A stretch of DNA of 43,009 nt, from positions 1 through 43,009 of the forward strand of contig JBDRRP010000048.1 of assembly GCA_043825735.1 (NCBI GenBank), written 5' to 3'. The notes under the pieces were generated by a model. It saw nothing but the letters and a program-made list of their open reading frames with translations. It had not been told where the DNA came from and ran no database searches. Positions 36,812 through 43,009 of the stretch are shown piece after piece. Each line of letters starts with the position of its first letter. Positions within the stretch are counted from its first letter, which is position 1. A program made the position numbers and the translations under genes. Source of the stretch: Pseudomonadota bacterium (GTDB lineage Bacteria; Desulfobacterota; Desulfobacteria; Desulfobacterales; JBDRRP01).

Positions 36812-36900
36812 ATTTTGAAATCACCGCAGAGTACGCAGAGAGCGCAGAGATAACTTGATAATTATTCAGTATATTCTCTGCGGTCTCTGTGGTTCAAAAT
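36812..36900. repeat. 9-nt-period palindromic element (CGCAGAG type)
   Basis: ACCGCAGAGTACGCAGAGAGCGCAGAG...CTCTGCGGTCTCTGTGGT. Confidence 0.85.
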
Positions 36901-36915
36901 CACTTTTAACGGTTC

Positions 36916-37203
36916 CTGGTTATGCACTATTCTCCCGTTAATGAGCGGGCGCTATTTGGAAACCGGAATTCATCGTTGCACCGCAAGCGCCTATCGCCGC
37001 ATGGCATATCGGCACTGGGGATCACTAAATCGAGTGTAGGGTGCGGGGTTTATCCCCGCCCGTCGTGGGTTGAGCATAAACGGTTGGCGGTATCTTTACC
37101 GGTTGCGGGAGGGGATCAGCCTTCGCCAAGGCTATGGCGGACAAGTAAACCCCTCCCCTACGAAACTGCCAGGACTCCCGGCAGGAGAATAGTGCATAAC
37201 CAG
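36916..37203. mobile_element. MITE-like element, copy 1 (288 bp), with internal GTAG-REP pair
   Basis: Perfect 20-bp TIR CTGGTTATGCACTATTCTCC/GGAGAATAGTGCATAACCAG; colinear with 40092-40345. Confidence 0.85.
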
Positions 37204-37278
37204 ATAACGGTTTTATCAAAAGGGCTTTAAGGTTTTCGTGGGCATCCATTCAATGTGCAGACGGGAAAAGGGCGTTTT

Positions 37279-39591
37279 ATGAGCGAATCACCCCAGGCCA
37301 GTATTCTCATCATCGATGACGAGCCCATCATTCGGGAGAGCATCGCGGTGTATCTGGAAGACAGCGGTTTTCGCGTCACCGAAGCCGGCGACGGCCGGGA
37401 GGGACTCGAAAAATACCGGGCAGCTTCCCCGGACGTGGTGCTGGTGGATTTGCGCATGCCGGAAGTCGACGGTCTGGACGTGCTCAGCACCGTCTCTCGG
37501 GAAACGCCGGAAACGCCCGTTATCGTCGTGTCGGGAACGGGCGTGATCCACGATGCTATCGAAGCCTTGCGGCGTGGGGCGTGGGATTTTCTCACAAAAC
37601 CGATACCGGATCTGGCCGTTCTGGAGCACACCGTTCGCAAGGCCATCGAGCGTCGCCGGTTGCTGGTAGAAAACCGCCGCTACCGTGAACACCTGGAGGT
37701 TGAAGTCGATGCCCGCACGGCCGATCTGCATGAACGCACCCAGATGCTTGAGCAGGCCAACCAAGAGCTTGAAACGGCGATGCAGGAGCGTTTGGTCGCC
37801 GAGGAGACCCTGCGACAGAAAGTGGACGAGCAGACGTTGCTCTTGGATAACATCCATACCCAGATCTGGTATTTGAGCGATGAGAAAACATACGGTGCCG
37901 TGAACAAGGCACGGGCCGAGTTTCTCGGCCTCAGCAAAGACGCCATGGAGCGAAAGCCCCTGCCCGAGTTGCTGAGCGCCCAGGAAGTCGATGTGTGCGT
38001 GGAGGGCAATCGGGAAGTATTCGAGCGCCGCTGCCAGATACACAAAGAGGAGTGGGCGCTTAACGGGCGGGGCGAGAAGCGCCTGCTGTCCATCACGAAG
38101 ACGCCTAAGTTGGATGCCGATGGCGGTGTGGAGTATGTGGTGTGCTCAGCTGAAGACATCACCGATATGAAGAACGCCGAAGATGCCCTGCGGCGCGCCA
38201 AAGAGCGCTTGAGTCTGGCACTGGAGGTTACTCAGCACGCCATCTGGGATTGGAACCTGCAGACCAATGCCGCCTATTTCAGTCCACGGTATTATACCAT
38301 GCTGGGCTATGCGCCCCATGAGAAGATCGAAAGCCTTCACAAATGGAAGGACCTTCTGCATGCCGAGGACAGGCAAGTGACGCTGAAGCGCATCGATGAC
38401 TATCTTGCCGGGCGGATCAGCGCCTACCAGACAGAATTTCGCATGAAATCCAAACAGGGGCGATATCGGTGGATTCTGGGGCGGGGAAAAATCGTCGAAT
38501 GGGACGCATCCGGAAAGCCGCTTCGAATGATCGGCACGCACGCGGACATCACCGATCAAAAGCTCAGCGAGGAGGCCCTTCGCATGAGCGAAGCCCACCT
38601 GAGGGTGGAAAACACGCGGCTCAAATCGACCCTCAAAGGCGCCAATCAGTTCGGGCGGATCATCGGCAGGAGCCCCGTCATGCAGGATGTCTACGAAACC
38701 ATTCTGAAGGCGGCGACATCCAATGCCAACATCATCATTTACGGTGAGTCCGGCACCGGTAAGGAGTTGGCAGCCCAGACCATTCACGATCTCAGTGAAC
38801 GCAGTCGGGGCGCTTTTGTTGCCGTCAACTGCGGGGCCATCCCGGACAACCTCATGGAGAGCGAGTTTTTCGGTTACAAGAAGGGGGCCTTCACCGGAGC
38901 CGATCATGACCGACCCGGCTATCTGGAGAGCGCCCATGGGGGTACCCTGTTTCTCGACGAAGTGGGGGAGCTTGATCTCAATATGCAGGTCAAGCTGCTG
39001 CGGGTCATCGACGGGGCGGGATATATGCCTATCGGCGGCCGTCAGGTGGTTCGTCCCGATGTCCGTTTCATTGCCGCCACGCATCGTGACCTGCAGGACA
39101 TGATTCGGGCCGGAAAATTCCGCGAGGATTTTTTCTACCGGATTCATATCGTGCCCATCCACATGCCCCCACTGAGGGCGCGAATGGATGACCTGACACT
39201 GCTTGAGCGCCATTTCCTGGACATTTTCTGTGAGGACGGGCAGATCGTTTCCATCCCGGAACATGTACAAAGCGCTATGAAAGCCTACGACTGGCCGGGC
39301 AACGTGCGGGAGTTGCAAAACGCCATCCATCGGTTCGTCACATTGAAGGAGGTTCAGTTCAGCGTCAATGGCCGCCCGGCGGCACTGCCACCGGCTCCGG
39401 CATCGCCTGCGGCAGCCGATCCCGACGGGGATGCGTTGATGCCGCTAAAGGATGTCGCCGCCACGGCGGAGCGCCGCCATATCCGGACCGTGCTGGAAAA
39501 GCACCAATGGCAGCGGGGAAAAGTCGCCGATCTGCTGGGCGTCAACCGGCGAACCCTGTTCCGGAAGATGAAGGAACTCAAGATCGGGTGA
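37279..39591 (+). CDS. Sigma-54 enhancer-binding response regulator (REC-PAS-PAS-AAA+-Fis HTH)
   Basis: IIDDE/DLRMP REC domain, PAS domains, GESGTGKE, GAFTGA, WPGNVREL, C-terminal HTH. Confidence 0.93.
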   Translation: MSESPQASILIIDDEPIIRESIAVYLEDSGFRVTEAGDGREGLEKYRAASPDVVLVDLRMPEVDGLDVLSTVSRETPETPVIVVSGTGVIHDAIEALRRGAWDFLTKPIPDLAVLEHTVRKAIERRRLLVENRRYREHLEVEVDARTADLHERTQMLEQANQELETAMQERLVAEETLRQKVDEQTLLLDNIHTQIWYLSDEKTYGAVNKARAEFLGLSKDAMERKPLPELLSAQEVDVCVEGNREVFERRCQIHKEEWALNGRGEKRLLSITKTPKLDADGGVEYVVCSAEDITDMKNAEDALRRAKERLSLALEVTQHAIWDWNLQTNAAYFSPRYYTMLGYAPHEKIESLHKWKDLLHAEDRQVTLKRIDDYLAGRISAYQTEFRMKSKQGRYRWILGRGKIVEWDASGKPLRMIGTHADITDQKLSEEALRMSEAHLRVENTRLKSTLKGANQFGRIIGRSPVMQDVYETILKAATSNANIIIYGESGTGKELAAQTIHDLSERSRGAFVAVNCGAIPDNLMESEFFGYKKGAFTGADHDRPGYLESAHGGTLFLDEVGELDLNMQVKLLRVIDGAGYMPIGGRQVVRPDVRFIAATHRDLQDMIRAGKFREDFFYRIHIVPIHMPPLRARMDDLTLLERHFLDIFCEDGQIVSIPEHVQSAMKAYDWPGNVRELQNAIHRFVTLKEVQFSVNGRPAALPPAPASPAAADPDGDALMPLKDVAATAERRHIRTVLEKHQWQRGKVADLLGVNRRTLFRKMKELKIG

Positions 39592-39612
39592 GCGCGCCCC
39601 TGGGCGTTCATC

Positions 39613-39628
39613 TGGCACAGCCTTTGCT
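39613..39628 (+). promoter_or_regulatory. sigma54 -24/-12 promoter
   Basis: TGGCAC-AGCCT-TTGCT upstream of the ABM gene. Confidence 0.75.
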
Positions 39629-39687
39629 CCCGCTGCTTTGGCGAAACCGGAAGATTGCCCTCCGGTCACGTTCTCATGGAGGTCGAT

Positions 39688-40011
39688 ATGGCACTCAAGG
39701 TTATCGTCAGGCGCATCATTCCTCAAGAAAAGGTGGAGCAGTTGCTGCCCCTCATCGATCAGCTTCGTCGGATGGCGCGGACGCAATCGGGTTATATTTA
39801 CGGTGAAACCCTGCGTAGCGCGGAGAATCCTGAGGAATACCTGGTCGTTAGCAACTGGCACACATTAGAGCACTGGAAAGCCTGGGAGTGCAGCGCTCAT
39901 CGCTGCCGCCTGCTTGAACGGATCGAAATGGTATTGGGTTCAGACAGCGAATACCGGCTCTATCACCACGAGTTCCTCTTTGCCCCCATGGTTGCCGCCA
40001 TAAGCGCCTGA
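39688..40011 (+). CDS. Antibiotic biosynthesis monooxygenase (ABM) family protein
   Basis: QSGYIYGETL...YLVVSNW..LEHWKAW; GGAGG RBS. Confidence 0.85.
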   Translation: MALKVIVRRIIPQEKVEQLLPLIDQLRRMARTQSGYIYGETLRSAENPEEYLVVSNWHTLEHWKAWECSAHRCRLLERIEMVLGSDSEYRLYHHEFLFAPMVAAISA

Positions 40012-40091
40012 CCTCAGGGCGCCCGCTATCGGTATTCAGGGCCGCATTTCTTATCCGAGACAATCCTGCCGAAAACAAGAGATAGTCTTAC

Positions 40092-40345
40092 CGGGTTATG
40101 CACTATTCTCCAGCGAATGGGCAGCCACTGTTTGAGCAAATAAAATAAGTCATTGCACCGAAGCGCCTATCGCGGCATCGCATATGGGCGCCGGGGGTCA
40201 CTCAATCGTGTAGGGTGCGGGGTTTAGCCCCGCCCGTGATCGGTGAACAAAAACGGTTGGGGTCATCTTGGCCGGTTGCGGGAGGGGATGAACCCCTCCC
40301 CTACGAAACAGCCAGAACCCCAGCTGGAGAATAGTGCATAGCCAG
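40092..40345. mobile_element. MITE-like element, copy 2 (254 bp)
   Basis: TIR GGTTATGCACTATTCTCCAGC/GCTGGAGAATAGTGCATAGCC; internal GTAGGGTGCGGGGTTTAGCCCCGCCCG and CGGGAGGGGATGAACCCCTCCCCTAC. Confidence 0.85.
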
Positions 40346-40509
40346 TTAAAATTATAGCAAATCCTTTCCGCCCCCTTTCCCCTCCCGCCTGGGCAGCGGC
40401 CCCCTATGGATGATTACGCGGTAGCAATCTGAATCAGCGCCATCTGCTCAGATTGCTGCAAGGGTCTTTCCGGTCGTTTTGAAAGGCGAAAAGAATGCCC
40501 TGCCTGACC

Positions 40510-40537
40510 CAATATGGGGCAAACATGCCCCATATTG
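40510..40537. promoter_or_regulatory. Candidate upstream activator sequence
   Basis: Perfect IR CAATATGGGGCA-AACA-TGCCCCATATTG about 150 bp upstream of a sigma54 promoter; related TGGGGCA-TGAA-TGTCGCA at 40585. Confidence 0.6.
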
Positions 40538-40689
40538 TATTTATCTAATGATTTATATGATTTGCCGCGTCAGCGGCAAATCATTGGGGCATGAATGTCG
40601 CATTTTTGATGAATGTGCTTCACAAAACAAAAAACAATACGGTTGGTGGATGCGCGTTAACCCGTCGAGTTTCCAATAATCGATGAATT

Positions 40690-40705
40690 TGGCACAGGCG
40701 TTGCT
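40690..40705 (+). promoter_or_regulatory. sigma54 -24/-12 promoter
   Basis: TGGCAC-AGGCG-TTGCT upstream of the symporter gene. Confidence 0.8.
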
Positions 40706-40846
40706 CGGGCAGAGATGGCCTGCCGTGCCGAACCGGGTGAGCATCCCCGCAGCGGCGAAGACAGGCACACGCGGCAGCTGCGAATCCCGGGGACGGTATG
40801 GCCGTTCCCCAATTGACCACAACCGGAGAGGGCAGAGGAGGCGCAC

Positions 40847-42619
40847 ATGAGTGGAGTTACCTGGGTTTACATCATGCTCGGGCTGTACGTTGTCTATTGT
40901 TTCTACATCGGATTGAAGGGGTATTTCACCACCAAGACATCGGCAGATTACGCGATCGCCGGTCGCTCGATTCCTTTTATCGCCTTCTTGATGGCGGCCT
41001 CGGCGGCATCCTTCAGCGGATGGACCTTTATCGGGCATCCCGGTGCGATTTGGGCGGCCGGGCTCGTTTACGCGTTCTGTTCTTTTTACGTGGTGTTCAT
41101 CCCCCTGACCGGCGCCTTTTTCGCCAAGCGCAACTGGCTGCTCAGCAAGCGCTACGGTTTTATCACCCCCGGTGACATGTACGCCTACTACTACAACAGT
41201 GAAGCCATCCGCTGGCTGACCGTGTTGACGGCAGTGCTCTACTCCGTCTTTTACTCGGCGGTTCAGCTCCTTGCCTCCGCGGCCCTGTTCAACGTCGTCT
41301 GCGGCGTTCCCTTCACGGTGGGCGGTCTTTTTATGGCGTTTATCGTGTGGTTTTACGTGTGTGCCGGCGGCATGAAGGCCAGCACCTGGGTCGGCGTCAT
41401 TCAGTTCATCTTGATGATCGCCGGCATCATCGTTCTGGGTGCCTACGTTCTGGCCCAGTTCGGCGGCTTCAGCGGGTTCGTCTCCCAGATGAACCTCATC
41501 GAGGCCAAGTACATGGAGATCCCGGGCCTGATCCACTTCGAACTCGGCCGTAAATGGACCGCCATCTATTTGCTCACCTACATGTTCGCTTTGATGGGCA
41601 TCCAGTCCTCCCCGGCGTTCACTATGTGGAACTTTGGTATCAAATCCCCGAAACCGCTGGCCTGGCAGCAGGCGTATATGACCACCTTTGTGGTCGGCTT
41701 TTCCCTGTTCTTTTTTGCGGCCTTCCAGGGTCTGGGTGCAAAAATTCTTCAGCTCCAGGGCGTCGAAGCATTCGCCGGTCTTGCCAAGGACACGGCGGTG
41801 GTGCCGCTGCTGATGAAAAATTTTCTGCCGCCCGTCATGCTGGGAATCGTTTTCATGGGGGCCATTTCGGCCATCCACTCCACGGCCGCACCATACGTGG
41901 GCACCGGCGGCTCCATCCTGCTGCGTGATGTCTATTGGCGCTACATTCGTAAACAAAAAGCCAGTGACACCGAACAGATCTGGGTCAATCGGCTTCTGGG
42001 CACCGTGATCATCGTTCTGGCCCTGTATGTCGGGCTTACCTCCAAAGCGATGTTGGTCATTCTGGGCGCTTTTGCTACTTCTTTTGGCGTGCTCATGTAC
42101 ATCCTGTCCCTGGGCGTACTCTGGGGCTGGCGGTTTCCGGCTATCGGCGCCATCCTGGGCCTCATCGTGGGCATGGTGACCGTCGTCATTACCTACAACT
42201 TCAAGATCCTCACCTTTCATCCGGCGGCCTGGGGAACCGGTCTCGGCCTCATCGTGGCCTACCTGTGCCGTGGCTTCGGGGTAAAGGACGATGCGGAGAC
42301 AATCGAACGCCAGGCCGAACTGCGATCCTGGCTGGATGATGTGGATGCGCCGTCGGCAACAGGGGCCAAGTGGCGCACGGTGAGCAAGTTTGCGATTCCC
42401 TTCTGGGCCATCATGGCCGTGGGACCGGGCGCGCTGCTCTCCAACAAGGCCTTTGCCTTTGCCGGCTTCAACCACGTCTGGTCCTGGCAGATCGCCTGGT
42501 GGATCCTTTCCATCGTCTTGATGTGGATGGTCTGCTTTAAGGCGGAATTTTCCACCACCAATGAAGAGCAGATCCGGCGAGCCGACGATGAGAAAAATAT
42601 TGTGGTCGAAGGCAACTAG
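40847..42619 (+). CDS. Sodium:solute symporter (SSS) family protein
   Basis: ADYAIAGR, SFSGWTFIGHPG, KRYGFITPGD, GGMKA; many TM helices. Confidence 0.9.
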   Translation: MSGVTWVYIMLGLYVVYCFYIGLKGYFTTKTSADYAIAGRSIPFIAFLMAASAASFSGWTFIGHPGAIWAAGLVYAFCSFYVVFIPLTGAFFAKRNWLLSKRYGFITPGDMYAYYYNSEAIRWLTVLTAVLYSVFYSAVQLLASAALFNVVCGVPFTVGGLFMAFIVWFYVCAGGMKASTWVGVIQFILMIAGIIVLGAYVLAQFGGFSGFVSQMNLIEAKYMEIPGLIHFELGRKWTAIYLLTYMFALMGIQSSPAFTMWNFGIKSPKPLAWQQAYMTTFVVGFSLFFFAAFQGLGAKILQLQGVEAFAGLAKDTAVVPLLMKNFLPPVMLGIVFMGAISAIHSTAAPYVGTGGSILLRDVYWRYIRKQKASDTEQIWVNRLLGTVIIVLALYVGLTSKAMLVILGAFATSFGVLMYILSLGVLWGWRFPAIGAILGLIVGMVTVVITYNFKILTFHPAAWGTGLGLIVAYLCRGFGVKDDAETIERQAELRSWLDDVDAPSATGAKWRTVSKFAIPFWAIMAVGPGALLSNKAFAFAGFNHVWSWQIAWWILSIVLMWMVCFKAEFSTTNEEQIRRADDEKNIVVEGN

Positions 42620-42646
42620 CAGTAGCAACTCGAAGAGGAGACCGTC

Positions 42647-42733
42647 ATGAAACAAGAAGACATTTGGATGATCGTCCTGGTGGGATTCTCCATTATCTGG
42701 ACCGCGGCTTTTGGCTGGGGTGTTTTCGGATAA
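42647..42733 (+). CDS. 28-aa single-TM small protein (not in ORF track)
   Basis: GAGGAG RBS; MKQEDIWMIVLVGFSIIWTAAFGWGVFG*. Confidence 0.65.
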   Translation: MKQEDIWMIVLVGFSIIWTAAFGWGVFG

Positions 42734-42855
42734 AGTCCCTCCCCCTGGACCGGGGTGCGGGTGTCGGGTGGCGGCCCGGCCCCAAGCACCCCGGATCCGC
42801 ATCGATAACCGAAAATCCACACCACTAAACAGTCAGTCGGGTAAGGAGGATGTAG

Positions 42856-43009
42856 ATGAGCAACGCGAACACCGAAGCATACGAGCAGTCCTTGAGAGAT
42901 CCGGAATCCTTTTGGGGCAAGATTGCCGAAGACTGCCATTGGACCAAGAAGTGGGACAAAGTACTCGACGACAGTAAAAAGCCGTTTTACCGGTGGTTTG
43001 TCGGGGGCG
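42856..43009 (+). CDS. Acetate/propionate--CoA ligase, N-terminal part (runs off the window)
   Basis: AAGGAGG RBS; YEQSLRDPESFWGKIAEDCHWTKKWDKVLD...PFYRWFVGG. Confidence 0.85.
   Translation, partial: MSNANTEAYEQSLRDPESFWGKIAEDCHWTKKWDKVLDDSKKPFYRWFVGG

Noticed and set aside
33915..42820. Long antisense ORFs (33915-35759, 38146-39330, 40553-42820; likewise 25088-26566 and 21293-22408)
   Set aside because: They are shadow frames opposite well-supported genes in GC-rich DNA, with no motifs.

Overview
A 43-kb bacterial chromosomal window. Gene content (TAXI-TRAP transport, glycyl radical enzyme, sigma-54 regulators, apparent selenocysteine use) suggests an anaerobic Desulfobacterota-type organism, which is an inference. 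(1) 1-4.1 kb is the distal end of an integron cassette array: six clear attC sites plus one degenerate site, with no integrase in the window. Four of the six complete cassettes are type II toxin-antitoxin pairs (HigBA x2, HicAB, addiction-module antitoxin/RelE-ParE); the others encode a lone nucleotidyltransferase and a VOC protein. (2) 4.2-13 kb is a run of unrelated, co-oriented accessory genes. It includes an O6-alkylguanine alkyltransferase-family gene whose catalytic Cys codon is an in-frame TGA followed by a SECIS-like hairpin (a probable selenoprotein that the ORF track truncates), a 5'-truncated EamA gene and an internally deleted AlkA gene. (3) 13-21 kb holds amino-acid catabolism genes and a membrane glycosyltransferase/FGE-fold fusion. 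(4) 21-29 kb is a minus-strand operon: lipoprotein, TAXI, DUF1850, TRAP 4TM/12TM, activase and a glycyl radical enzyme of unknown specificity, divergent from a two-subunit CoA-transferase. (5) 31-43 kb has NifU, an aminotransferase, mce, a Cache histidine kinase, a sigma-54 activator, an ABM protein and a sigma-54-driven SSS symporter/small membrane protein/acyl-CoA synthetase unit. Intergenic DNA is dense with 9-nt-period palindromic elements and two copies of a MITE-like element carrying GTAG REPs.
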